Source: Polyangiaceae bacterium
GTDB taxonomy: Bacteria; Myxococcota_A; Polyangia; Polyangiales; Polyangiaceae
Assembly (NCBI GenBank): GCA_965222375.1
Contig: CBDCTZ010000014.1
Span: forward strand, 1,056,001-1,120,000
Direction of reading: 5' to 3'
DNA length: 64,000 nucleotides
Shown: one piece after another, positions 8,845 through 18,173 of the stretch
Position numbering within the stretch: position 1 is the stretch's first letter
Layout: every line of letters starts with the position of its first letter
Translations under genes and position numbers: made by a program
Notes under the pieces: generated by a model
What the model was told of the DNA's origin: nothing
The model's input: only the letters and a program-made list of their open reading frames with translations
Databases searched by the model: none

Positions 8845-11034
8845 TCAGCTGCGGGCGGCGGCGCGTTTCAAGAAGCTTTGAAACTGAAAGCGCGCGTGCC
8901 CCGTGGGCCGGGCGGAGTACTTGTAGGGCCGCGGTATCCCCTTGGCGAATAGGCACACCACCGCGTCTTGGTACTGCTTTGCCCGGGTTTCGGCTTCGCT
9001 CTCGGCGACGGGCAGCTGGGTCACCTCTTGCAGCACGCTTTCGAGCTGCGGGCATCCCTCCGCAGTTTCCGGCAGATTCGCTTTGGCGGTGCCGGCCGGG
9101 CAACACGCGTTGCGGATCAAACCCGTTGCCGCCAGTTCGAACCACTGCAGCGTGGACCATTCACGCATGCCCGGGGTGACCTTGCCAACGCCGGCCACGA
9201 CCAAGCGACGGTGCAGTTGGGAGTTGACGCCTCGAAAGTCCTTGTCCTTGCACAAGAAGTCGAAATTCTCTTGGCCGCTCAGGGTACCGCTCTCGAAGTG
9301 CGCGGCAACGCAAGCTCCGCGGTCGATAGGAGCCTTCACCGGCGTCATCTTGGCGGGAGCGTCTGCAGGAGGTTTCGCTAAAGCGGCGGAGGATGCGCTT
9401 TTGATGCCGGCGGCCGTAGCACCCAGCGCCGGCTGGGTGGGCGTCGGCGCTTCGCTGCGCAGCTTTCCGGCGCGGGAAGCGCGGTTGTTCAGGAACATGG
9501 CGATGCCGATCGCGAGCGCTGCAATCACCAGAATCGCGACGATGACAATGACGGGGCCGCGTCCGGCCTTTCGCATCTGGATCTCTTCGTCGTCCAGATT
9601 CAGTTGCCGTGGCGCCGGGGCCGACGACATTGCCGGCGGGTATGCGGAGATAGTAGGTGGGAACGCCTCGGGTGGGGCGCTGCCGGTCGTGACCGTCGGA
9701 GTTGGGGGCGGGGCGGACGCGTCCAAAGAGGAAGGGGGTGCCACTGCCGCGGGAGTCGTGGCGAAGGGCGAGGGTGGGGCTGCCGCTGCGGGCGGCTCGT
9801 CGAAGGGCGAAGGGACAGCCGGAGCGGGTTCGAAGGCGGGGGTGGGCGCGGGAGTCGGCACGGCGCCGGCCGCCGCAGCGGGGTCGGGTTGGGCGTTTTG
9901 GGGGAGGGTGGCGACTTCCTCGGCCGGGGCGGCGACGGGCGTTGTAATGGGCGGGGCCTGTATCGGGGTGGGAGGCGCCTGGCTGTGCAGTAATGCAGCA
10001 ACGTCCGATGGAGGCTTGGCCATGATCGCCGTGGCGTCGTCGTCCTCATAGCCACCTAGCTCCGCGCCGGGTGCATCCGCTGGTGCCGGTGGGGCGCCGC
10101 TCACGCCACCGCTTTCGTCTTCGTCTACGGCAACCGGCGGCACACTTGCTACCGGTTCGGGCTTCTCTCCACTGCCGACTGCTGCAGCGAGATTGGCGAA
10201 GTCCCTGCCGGACGCGACCAACGTCGCTTCATCGTCTTCCCAGTCAGTGCTGGCGGGAGGTGACCAGGCTTGCAGAGCGGTCACCAAGTCCGGCACGTTG
10301 GCACGTCGACGTTTGAGATCTGCCGTTAGGCCCTTCTCTGCGATCTCGGATAGCACCGGGTCGGTGACTCCCAAGGACTCCAGCCTTTTCATGCGACCGC
10401 CGGCGATGCTCAGCAGGAGCTCGTTCTTGTTTTCGCCGCGAAACGGAGGCGTGCAGGCCAAGGAGGTGAACAGAGCCGCGTGCAATGCCCAGACGTCGTC
10501 AGCTTCGCTGGGGCCGAGCCCCTGCAGGCGCTCCGGCGCACAGTATGCGCCACTGGATGGTGCGACGAGTTGGGTCAGGACCGGACCTGGCCGACCCCCT
10601 TCTGGGGTCACAATCAAGCTTCTCGGAGAGATCGCCCCATGGGCACCTCCGGCTGCGTGAATGGTGGTGACCGCACCGCAGATGTTCACGAACCAGTCCA
10701 CCGCCAGCGCGGGCTCCAGGGGACCACGCTTCAGCCGTTGATGCAGGGTTTCCCCGTTGAAGTGCTCCGCGACGACGACCGCGGCGACCTTACGGCCGCC
10801 GGGAACCTGATCCCTCGCAGGATCCTCGACGATGGCCAGCAAGGTCGCCAGATTCGCGTGGCGAACGTTCACGCTCTTCTTGAGCGCCGCCACCCGAGCT
10901 CCAGCCAGCGCAGAAACGATGACCTGCCGCCCGCTGGTCGTATCCTCCGCCAACCACGCTAGGGCCTTTGAGCCCGCCTGAAGGCTGCTCTTGAACTTGT
11001 ATTTCCCGGCGAGCAGTGCCGCGGGTGCCTGCAT
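8845..11034 (-). CDS. Transmembrane Ser/Thr pseudokinase: degenerate kinase domain, Pro-rich linker, TM helix, Cys-containing extracytoplasmic domain
   Basis: Keeps YCAPE, DDVWAL and PPF, but has VIVS for VAIK, HGAISPRSL for HRDxKPxN, and no DFG; TM VIVIVAILVIAALAIGIAMFL. Confidence 0.75.
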   Translation of the reverse strand: MQAPAALLAGKYKFKSSLQAGSKALAWLAEDTTSGRQVIVSALAGARVAALKKSVNVRHANLATLLAIVEDPARDQVPGGRKVAAVVVAEHFNGETLHQRLKRGPLEPALAVDWFVNICGAVTTIHAAGGAHGAISPRSLIVTPEGGRPGPVLTQLVAPSSGAYCAPERLQGLGPSEADDVWALHAALFTSLACTPPFRGENKNELLLSIAGGRMKRLESLGVTDPVLSEIAEKGLTADLKRRRANVPDLVTALQAWSPPASTDWEDDEATLVASGRDFANLAAAVGSGEKPEPVASVPPVAVDEDESGGVSGAPPAPADAPGAELGGYEDDDATAIMAKPPSDVAALLHSQAPPTPIQAPPITTPVAAPAEEVATLPQNAQPDPAAAAGAVPTPAPTPAFEPAPAVPSPFDEPPAAAAPPSPFATTPAAVAPPSSLDASAPPPTPTVTTGSAPPEAFPPTISAYPPAMSSAPAPRQLNLDDEEIQMRKAGRGPVIVIVAILVIAALAIGIAMFLNNRASRAGKLRSEAPTPTQPALGATAAGIKSASSAALAKPPADAPAKMTPVKAPIDRGACVAAHFESGTLSGQENFDFLCKDKDFRGVNSQLHRRLVVAGVGKVTPGMREWSTLQWFELAATGLIRNACCPAGTAKANLPETAEGCPQLESVLQEVTQLPVAESEAETRAKQYQDAVVCLFAKGIPRPYKYSARPTGHARFQFQSFLKRAAARS

Positions 11035-11273
11035 GGTGCGCCGCTCCGAGCCCCTTGATCGGTCAGAAGAACTTCAGAGCGTTTATAGCAACCTTTACGT
11101 CCGGACCGAACTTTGTGGTGGCTAATTGACCTACCTGCCCCTACAAGTCGCGCTGGCCCCCTACAAATCCGCAAGAAACCCTGCCAATCTTAGGGTTGCT
11201 CGGAGGCATGGGGGGGCCCGCGGAGCCAGGCTTGCGGAGCGCCAGCAGTATCTGAAATCATCGGTTTTTCACC

Positions 11274-12527
11274 ATGAGCACCGCCGGCGTCAGCAACGGA
11301 CAGGCCCCAGGAGGCGGGGACGAGGCCGGTGACAGTCCCGCAGCTGAAGAGCGCTATCAGCCTGGTGCCGTCATCGACGACAAGTATGTCTTGGTGTCCA
11401 AGCGTGGCGAAGGGGGGATGGGAACCGTCTGGGTGGCCCATAACTCGGTGCTGGACGTTCGTTGCGCCATCAAGGTCATGGCTCTCGACGGGGGGGCGGC
11501 ATCCCGAGCCGCAGCTCGACGCGTCCTCGACGAAGCCCGCGCTACAGCTCGCCTGGGGCACGCATCCATCGTCCGAGTCCTGGACTACGGCGAAACGGAA
11601 CATGGCGACCCCTTCATCGCGATGGAGCTTCTCGAGGGCGAAGACTTGGCACAGGTGCTGGACCGCCAGGCTCGCATGCGCCCCACCGACGCAGTGCAAG
11701 TGCTGCTGCCGATTGCCCATGCTCTGGCATCTGCCCATGCGAAAGGCATCGTTCATCGGGACGTCAAGCCCGAGAACATCTTTCTCGCCAAGGACGAGGT
11801 CAGCACGACCTTGCCGAAGCTGCTCGACTTCGGAGTCGTGCGTATCGTCAACAATCCGAGAAAGCTCACGATGGATGGCGCCGTGGTGGGCACGCCCGAC
11901 TACATGTCGCCCGAGCAAGCTCGGGGCAAATCCACGAGTGGCCAAACGGACCTCTGGAGCTTCTGCGTCGTGTTGTACGAGGTGATCGCCGGGCGCCGCC
12001 CCTTCGAAGGTGACAACTACAACGCACTGATGCGCGCCATCATCGAAGACAAGCCGAAGAGCCTGGAGGAACTCGGCATTGCCGATGCGGCGCTCTCAGT
12101 AATCGTGCTTCGAGGCTTGAGCAAGAAGGCCGAGGAGCGTTGGGCCAGTATGCGTGAACTCGGAGAAGAGCTTGCTCTTTGGCTCACCGAAGAGGGGCTT
12201 TCAGACGACATCACCGGCGCATCCTTGCGCCGCACATGGCTTTCGGAAACCGAAAGCCAGCGGCTCGAACTTCCCGCAGAGGTTCGAGATGCGATGCGCT
12301 CCGCCGGCGGCGGCTCCGTGCCCAGCGGGCATGTGGCGGCCCAATCAAGTCAGCCGGATCTCGTTGCCATCGCGGAGATGAACAAGGGCGGAGACCCCGA
12401 AGAACTGCTGCGCCAGGCCTCGCGACGCCAAAACGCCGCCATTGCCGTCGGACTGGTGTTCGCCGCGTTGGTTTTCGTGCTCGCCGTACTGATGGGTACG
12501 GGAATCATCTGGACGGGATCGCCCTAG
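11274..12527 (+). CDS. Ser/Thr protein kinase with C-terminal membrane anchor
   Basis: GEGGMGTVW, CAIK, HRDVKPENI, DFG, GTPDYMSPEQ; terminal hydrophobic helix. Confidence 0.93.
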   Translation: MSTAGVSNGQAPGGGDEAGDSPAAEERYQPGAVIDDKYVLVSKRGEGGMGTVWVAHNSVLDVRCAIKVMALDGGAASRAAARRVLDEARATARLGHASIVRVLDYGETEHGDPFIAMELLEGEDLAQVLDRQARMRPTDAVQVLLPIAHALASAHAKGIVHRDVKPENIFLAKDEVSTTLPKLLDFGVVRIVNNPRKLTMDGAVVGTPDYMSPEQARGKSTSGQTDLWSFCVVLYEVIAGRRPFEGDNYNALMRAIIEDKPKSLEELGIADAALSVIVLRGLSKKAEERWASMRELGEELALWLTEEGLSDDITGASLRRTWLSETESQRLELPAEVRDAMRSAGGGSVPSGHVAAQSSQPDLVAIAEMNKGGDPEELLRQASRRQNAAIAVGLVFAALVFVLAVLMGTGIIWTGSP

Positions 12528-12531
12528 GGGC

Positions 12532-14118
12532 TCAATGAGCCTGCTCTTTCGTCTTCAAGAATCCCACGTCGGGCCACTCTTTTTGCGTCGTTTCCAGGTG
12601 CCATGCGTTGCGGGCCAGGAACACCCGCGCACCGGTGTGGTCTTCCGCCAGACTGCCGCGGTGTTCGCGAACGAACTCCTCGAGGTGCTTGTGCTCGGCC
12701 TCTACCCAGCGCGCGGCGTATAAGCTGACGGATTCGAATACCACGCTGACGCCGTACTCCGTTCGAATACGATCCGCGAGAACGTCGAACTGCAGGGCAC
12801 CGACGACTCCAACCACGAAATAGGAACCAATCATCGGCTTGAGGATGCTGGCCGCGCCTTCTTCCGCCAGTTGGGTGAGCGCGCGCGCCAAGTGCTTGGC
12901 CTTCAGCGGGTCTTTGGGTCGGACACTCTGAAGCAGCTCTGGAGCGAAGGAAGGGATGCCCGTGAAGTGCAGAGCCTCGCCCTCGGTCATGGTGTCGCCG
13001 ATCCGAAGCTGACCGTGGTTGGGTAGTCCGATGATGTCACCTGGCCACGCTTCCTCCGCTAGCCCTCGATCCTGAGCCAGGAATAGCAACGGATTGTGGA
13101 CATTTACACTCTTGCCGCTCGGGACGTGAAGCAGTTTCATGCCGCGTCGAAAGTGCCCCGAGCACAGACGTACGAACGCGATGCGGTCGCGATGTTTGGG
13201 ATCCATGTTCGCTTGAATCTTGAACACGAAAGCCGTGACCTTCGGATCCCCCGGTTCTACTATTCGCTCGGCTGCTTTTTGGGGTCGTGGCGGTGGTGCG
13301 AGTTCTGCCAGCCCTTCGAGGAGTTCGCGGACCCCGAAGTTCGTGATGGCGCTGCCGAAGAACACCGGGGTCAGATGGCCCTCCCGATAGGCCTGTAGAT
13401 CCAGTGGCGGGCACAAGCCCCGAGCCATCTCCACTTCATCTCGGAGCTGCTTTACTGCGGCCTCGGGCAGCAACTCGTCCAGTCGCGGGTCCTCGATGCC
13501 CTCGAGCTGCAGCACTTCTGCGTCTCTACGTCGCTCTCCCTTTTCCGTGAGGAGCAAGCGATTGTTCACCAGGTCGTAGCAGCCTCGGAAGTCTCGACCC
13601 ATGCCAATCGGCCAGGTCACGGGCGTGACATCGAGAGCCAACTTGTCTTCGACTTCGCTCATCAGCTCGAAGGGGTCGCGCCCGTCCCGATCCATCTTGT
13701 TGACGAAGCTGATGATGGGGACGTCACGAAGCCGACACACCTCGAATAACTTCAGCGTTTGGGCCTCGATGCCTTTGGCTGCGTCCAGCACCATCACCGC
13801 CGAGTCCACGGCGGTCAACGTTCGGTAGGTATCTTCGCTGAAGTCCTTGTGCCCGGGCGTGTCCAACAGATTGAAGGTATGGTCAGAGAACTCGAAGGTC
13901 ATCGCGCTCACGGTCACGCTGATGCCGCGCTCTCTTTCGACTTTCATCCAGTCCGAGTGAGCGCGGCGCTGCTCTCCACGGGCCTTCACGGCCCCGGCAA
14001 GCTGGATCGCGCCCCCGAAGAGGAGGAGCTTTTCCGTGAGCGTCGTCTTGCCAGCGTCGGGGTGACTGATGATGGCGAAGGTACGACGTCGCGCGATGGC
14101 GGGCGGAAGGGAAGACAT
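12532..14118 (-). CDS. prfC: Peptide chain release factor 3
   Basis: RRRTFAIISHPDAGKTTLTEKLLLFGGAIQLAG, DTPGHKDFSEDTYRTL, FKIQANMDPKHRDRIAF. Confidence 0.98.
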   Translation of the reverse strand: MSSLPPAIARRRTFAIISHPDAGKTTLTEKLLLFGGAIQLAGAVKARGEQRRAHSDWMKVERERGISVTVSAMTFEFSDHTFNLLDTPGHKDFSEDTYRTLTAVDSAVMVLDAAKGIEAQTLKLFEVCRLRDVPIISFVNKMDRDGRDPFELMSEVEDKLALDVTPVTWPIGMGRDFRGCYDLVNNRLLLTEKGERRRDAEVLQLEGIEDPRLDELLPEAAVKQLRDEVEMARGLCPPLDLQAYREGHLTPVFFGSAITNFGVRELLEGLAELAPPPRPQKAAERIVEPGDPKVTAFVFKIQANMDPKHRDRIAFVRLCSGHFRRGMKLLHVPSGKSVNVHNPLLFLAQDRGLAEEAWPGDIIGLPNHGQLRIGDTMTEGEALHFTGIPSFAPELLQSVRPKDPLKAKHLARALTQLAEEGAASILKPMIGSYFVVGVVGALQFDVLADRIRTEYGVSVVFESVSLYAARWVEAEHKHLEEFVREHRGSLAEDHTGARVFLARNAWHLETTQKEWPDVGFLKTKEQAH

Positions 14119-14213
14119 GGGGCTAGCGTGACAAAGCAATGGCCGATTGGGGCCGGGCGCCGCACTCCTGAGCGCGCTGCCCAGTATGACGGATGCACCC
14201 CCGGCTCAATACT

Positions 14214-14244
14214 TCTTAACGTGGGGGAAGAAACGCTCTTAACG
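14214..14244 (+). promoter_or_regulatory. Direct repeat TCTTAACG x2, candidate response-regulator binding site
   Basis: TCTTAACG at 14214 and 14237 (23-bp spacing) upstream of the CpxP-like/RR/HK operon. Confidence 0.4.
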
Positions 14245-14280
14245 AGGGAGGCGCATGCTGACTTCATCAAGGAGGTCAGG

Positions 14281-14736
14281 ATGCTGGGATTCCTATTCGG
14301 TACAGCCTGTTTGTTCGGATTTTTCTACGTATTGCGTCGCCCCCGAGTTGGCCGTGGCTGCGCGAATCGCCCGCGCGGAGGTCGTCGGATGGTTTCATTC
14401 TTGTCCCGGCGCGTCGACGCGACCCCGGCACAAGAAAAGGTGATGCGGGACGCCTTCAATGAGGTTCGAACGCAAGCAGACGGCGTCTGGACGGCGGTGG
14501 GCGCAGCTCGAAGCGAAGTGGCCCGTGCATTTCGTCAGCCGGAGCTGGATCCGGAAGTGATTGTCGCTGAGCTGAATCGGCCAGACGACGCACTTGCAGA
14601 ATTGCGCCGCTCGGTCGCTGGGCGAATCGCGGAACTGCACACCATTTTGGACCCAGATCAACGCGAGACCCTCGCGGACATGCTCGAACGTGACTTCCGA
14701 TCCCCCGGACGGGGCCCCTACCGCACCGCAAGTTGA
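14281..14736 (+). CDS. Spy/CpxP-like (LTxxQ / heavy-metal sensor) protein
   Basis: AAGGAGG RBS; N-terminal hydrophobic segment; DATPAQEK and ILDPDQRETL (LTxxQ-like) motifs. Confidence 0.75.
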   Translation: MLGFLFGTACLFGFFYVLRRPRVGRGCANRPRGGRRMVSFLSRRVDATPAQEKVMRDAFNEVRTQADGVWTAVGAARSEVARAFRQPELDPEVIVAELNRPDDALAELRRSVAGRIAELHTILDPDQRETLADMLERDFRSPGRGPYRTAS

Positions 14737-14744
14737 GAATAACC

Positions 14745-14978
14745 ATGCGACGAAAAATCATTCTAGGTCTGCTGCTGATGGGAACCGTATTGGGCTTTGG
14801 GGCCGGGGTCGCCCGGCTGATCTGGCACAGTCATCACCCCGGTGCGTTTCGAGGCTACGGTCGCATGCACCATCGCCGCGCCGCCTTCGAGCGCCACGTG
14901 GCCGATGTCTGCGTGGACGCGGCGCTGCGCGCACGCGCCAATGCCGGCTCAGCCGAAAACGCCGCGCCGGCGCAGTGA
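14745..14978 (+). CDS. Small membrane-anchored hypothetical protein
   Basis: Hydrophobic N-terminus; FERHVADVCVDAA; lies inside the operon. Confidence 0.6.
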   Translation: MRRKIILGLLLMGTVLGFGAGVARLIWHSHHPGAFRGYGRMHHRRAAFERHVADVCVDAALRARANAGSAENAAPAQ

Positions 14979-15022
14979 AACACTCTGCCCGCGAGCACTG
15001 AAACTGATGCTAAGACTGCCCG

Positions 15023-15703
15023 GTGAGCCTCGTGTCCCTGCGTGTGCTGCTGATTGATGACGACAGCCGGCTCTTCGAGGTGCTGGCCCAGTACCTCGAA
15101 GAGCACGGCATCGCTTTGATCCACGCGCCAGATGGCAACCAAGGTGTAGCGAAGCTCGACCAAGATGTATTCGACGCCGTGTTGCTGGACATCATGATGC
15201 CCGGCCCGGATGGCCTGGAGGTGCTGCGACTGATTCGCGCCAAGCACAAGCTGCCGGTCATCATGTTGACAGCGCGGGGAGACGAAGCTGATCGCGTCGT
15301 CGGACTGGAACTCGGCGCCGACGACTACATTCACAAACCTTTCAGTGCGCGAGAACTGGTCGCAAGGCTGCGAGCGGTGTTGCGACGGGCCCAACCAGAA
15401 AGTGCCACCGAGCAGTTGCGGGTTTCGGGCGTGGAAGTGGACGTGTCCGCACGGCGGGTGCGGGTGCGTGGAAAAGACATCGAGCTTACCGCCCTGGAAC
15501 TGGATATCCTGGTGGCACTGATGCGCCGCGCCGGACGCGTCGTCCCGCGCGGCGCACTTCTGGACGAAGCTGGGCGGACGGAAGTCGTGAGCGACCGCGC
15601 TGTCGACGTACACATCTCTCATCTGCGCAAGAAGCTCGGGCAAGGCGCGCCCATTCGCACGGTGCGAGGCGTCGGCTACGTGTTTTCTCGCGAGGAAACG
15701 TGA
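15023..15703 (+). CDS. OmpR/CpxR family response regulator
   Basis: LIDDD, LLDIMMPG, IMLTARG, GADDYIHKPF, RAVDVHISHLRKKL, IRTVRGVGY. Confidence 0.95.
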   Translation: MSLVSLRVLLIDDDSRLFEVLAQYLEEHGIALIHAPDGNQGVAKLDQDVFDAVLLDIMMPGPDGLEVLRLIRAKHKLPVIMLTARGDEADRVVGLELGADDYIHKPFSARELVARLRAVLRRAQPESATEQLRVSGVEVDVSARRVRVRGKDIELTALELDILVALMRRAGRVVPRGALLDEAGRTEVVSDRAVDVHISHLRKKLGQGAPIRTVRGVGYVFSREET

Positions 15704-16980
15704 GGCGTATCCGTCGTTTCGTGCGTGGCCGGCTGCATCGCCGGCTATTCGTGCTCTTTGGTGTATCCATTTTGGCCACCGTCGTGGTGGTCAGCGTGGT
15801 CTTTGCGCTGGTCACACCTCGTGGGTCCAGTTTCAAGTACAACGTCGAGCGCGTGCAACGTTACGTTGGCAATCGCTTTGCAGAAGTGTGGGCGGACCCC
15901 GTCGCACGCTCGACCTTGGCCGAGCAAGCAGCGCGGGACTTGGAAGTTCAAGTCAGGCTGGAGGACGCGGGTGGGGCGGAGCTTTCGCGCCACGGACCCA
16001 ATTGTCGCGGCTGGAAGCACCGCGTGCCGGTGCGCCGAGCAGGGCGCCGCCTGGGCAGCGTGGCTGTGTGCGTGCCCCGCCGGCACTCGAATGGCCCCCT
16101 GGCGTTGGTGCTAGTGCTGGTGGCGTCCATTGGGTCGCTCTGGTTTTTCTCAGGACTTGTTGCTCACCGCTTGGTCAAACCTTTGGACAGGCTCGTCGAG
16201 ACGGCTCGAGCCATCGGAGAAGGTGATTTGGAAAAGCGTTCCGGCATGACGCGTCGTCGGGATGCTGAAATGGGCGTGCTCGGGGAAACCCTCGACGACA
16301 TGGCCGCGCGCATCGAACGTCAGCTATCCGATCAACGGGAGCTGCTGGCAGTGGTCTCGCACGAGATCCGGTCGCCCCTGGCGCGGCTCCGTGTGCATCT
16401 GGAACTGCTGGAAGAGCGTGGCGTTGCTACCGAGTCCGTGGCGAAGATGACCGCAGAGGCGCTAGAAATGGACCGTCTGGTGGGAGACCTGTTGGCGAGC
16501 GCACGCCTGGAGTTTTCCGTGGCGGAAGCACGCCCGGTGAACTTGACGAGCCTGGTACGCGGTACGCTCAGCCGCCTCGAGCTTCCTGAGGAGCTGCTGG
16601 AAAAACCCAAAGGAGCGGTCGAGGCAAGCGTTGACCCCACGCTGATTGCCCGGGCGTTGGAAAACCTGATAGAGAATGCGCGCATTCACGGCGATGGGGT
16701 CAAGAAGGTGGTGCTCCGCTCGGAGCCCACCGAAATCAGCGTTGCCGTCCTCGATTCGGGTTCTGGTTTCCCGGACGGGTTGAAAGACATGGCCTTCGAC
16801 TCTTTCGTCCGGGGCCAGCGGGGCGGGGGCTCTTCCCTCGGGCTCGGCCTATCGCTGGTGAGGCGGGTTGCCGGGGCCCACGGCGGAAGTTGTTGGGTGA
16901 AGTCACGGCTGGAGGGCGGTTCCGAGGTCGGATTTAGCGTCGCGCGAGGCCGGGGGGCCGAACCTGCGGCCCGAAATTGA
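15700..16980 (+). CDS. HAMP-domain sensor histidine kinase
   Basis: Two TM helices, HAMP, VSHEIRSPLAR (H-box), ENLIENA, DSGSG, GLGLSLV; overlaps the RR stop (GTGA). Confidence 0.93.
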   Translation: MRRIRRFVRGRLHRRLFVLFGVSILATVVVVSVVFALVTPRGSSFKYNVERVQRYVGNRFAEVWADPVARSTLAEQAARDLEVQVRLEDAGGAELSRHGPNCRGWKHRVPVRRAGRRLGSVAVCVPRRHSNGPLALVLVLVASIGSLWFFSGLVAHRLVKPLDRLVETARAIGEGDLEKRSGMTRRRDAEMGVLGETLDDMAARIERQLSDQRELLAVVSHEIRSPLARLRVHLELLEERGVATESVAKMTAEALEMDRLVGDLLASARLEFSVAEARPVNLTSLVRGTLSRLELPEELLEKPKGAVEASVDPTLIARALENLIENARIHGDGVKKVVLRSEPTEISVAVLDSGSGFPDGLKDMAFDSFVRGQRGGGSSLGLGLSLVRRVAGAHGGSCWVKSRLEGGSEVGFSVARGRGAEPAARN

Positions 16981-17022
16981 GGCTTCAGATTGGCCCCGCC
17001 TCGGCTACCATTCCCGCTGAGC

Positions 17023-18150
17023 ATGAGCCAAGGCGACGACAAGCCGCCGGATTCGGACGTGGAACTGACCCTAGTTCGGCCGGCTGATCCCGCGCCCGAG
17101 AGTGAGGTGCTCAAGGCGCCGAACACGCCCGCGGGCCTCGGTGCGCCACCGTCGACTTCTGGGTCCCGTACCGGGCCGCCGCCGCCCCCGCGTCGTTCTG
17201 GACCGCCCTCACATCAACAACTGGAGCCTCCAAGCATTCGTCCGGGTCAGTTCCGGCCCCCACCGTCGCCGAGCGTTGCTCCGCCGGCACCACGCGCCGC
17301 GCCGTCGGGGGCGCCCCGTCCAACTTCGTCACGCCCATCGCCCAGCGTTGCGCCGCCGCCCCTGTCGAAGCGTGGGCCTGGAAGCGTTGCGCCCCCGCCG
17401 CCACTCGTGCCTCGCAGTTCACCCAGCGTTGCGCCGCCACCGCTGATGGCGAAGAGTTCTCCCACGGCCTCGCCCCCCACTCTCAAGTCATCGCCCAGTG
17501 GCTGGCCCGCGGGTTCAGGCAGCATCGAAGACGAACTGGCTCACACCAAACGACTCCTGGCGGAGCGCATCGGCGAGCTGAATCGGCTGCGCCACGACTA
17601 CGGCGACCTCAAGGCCCGACACGCCGAGCGCGAAGCCCGCTTGCAGAAGATGGAGCAAGAGGCGCGAGGCGCTTCTAGCGCGGAGATTGCGGCCCAGCGC
17701 GCCGTTGCTCGTCGCTTGGAAACCACACTGCAGCAGCTCCGAGACGCCGAGGCTCGCGTTGCGGAGCGAGACCAGAAGCTCGAGCACCTCGAGTCCAAAG
17801 TTGATCAGCTAGAGGCTGCCGCGCGAAACGTCCCTGACGCGGAAATGAGCCGCTTCACGGCGCTGGAACGCGCGCTGGCTGCGCGGGAGCGCAAGATCCG
17901 TGAACTCGAGAGCGAATTGGAGCTGGCTCAAGGGTGGGGAGGTGACGCGCCGCCCGCCGACGATCTCACGCGCATCAGAGGCGTGGGTCCAAAGCTCAGC
18001 GAACGGCTAAATGCTGCAGGCGTGCGGCGTTTCCAGGAAATTGCTGAATGGACGCCAGAAGACATCGAACGCGTGGCACCCCAGCTCAAGGTTGCCGCAA
18101 GCCGCATCCGACGGGACGACTGGGTGCAGAGCGCCAAGGACCTGCTCTGA
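17023..18150 (+). CDS. Pro-rich / coiled-coil protein with C-terminal helix-hairpin-helix (COG3743-like) domain
   Basis: SVAPP repeats, long heptad region, DDLTRIRGVGPKLSERLNAAGV..F.EIAEW...RDDWVQSAK. Confidence 0.75.
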   Translation: MSQGDDKPPDSDVELTLVRPADPAPESEVLKAPNTPAGLGAPPSTSGSRTGPPPPPRRSGPPSHQQLEPPSIRPGQFRPPPSPSVAPPAPRAAPSGAPRPTSSRPSPSVAPPPLSKRGPGSVAPPPPLVPRSSPSVAPPPLMAKSSPTASPPTLKSSPSGWPAGSGSIEDELAHTKRLLAERIGELNRLRHDYGDLKARHAEREARLQKMEQEARGASSAEIAAQRAVARRLETTLQQLRDAEARVAERDQKLEHLESKVDQLEAAARNVPDAEMSRFTALERALAARERKIRELESELELAQGWGGDAPPADDLTRIRGVGPKLSERLNAAGVRRFQEIAEWTPEDIERVAPQLKVAASRIRRDDWVQSAKDLL

Positions 18151-18173
18151 GCGGCAGCCTTAGTGCCGCGTCC

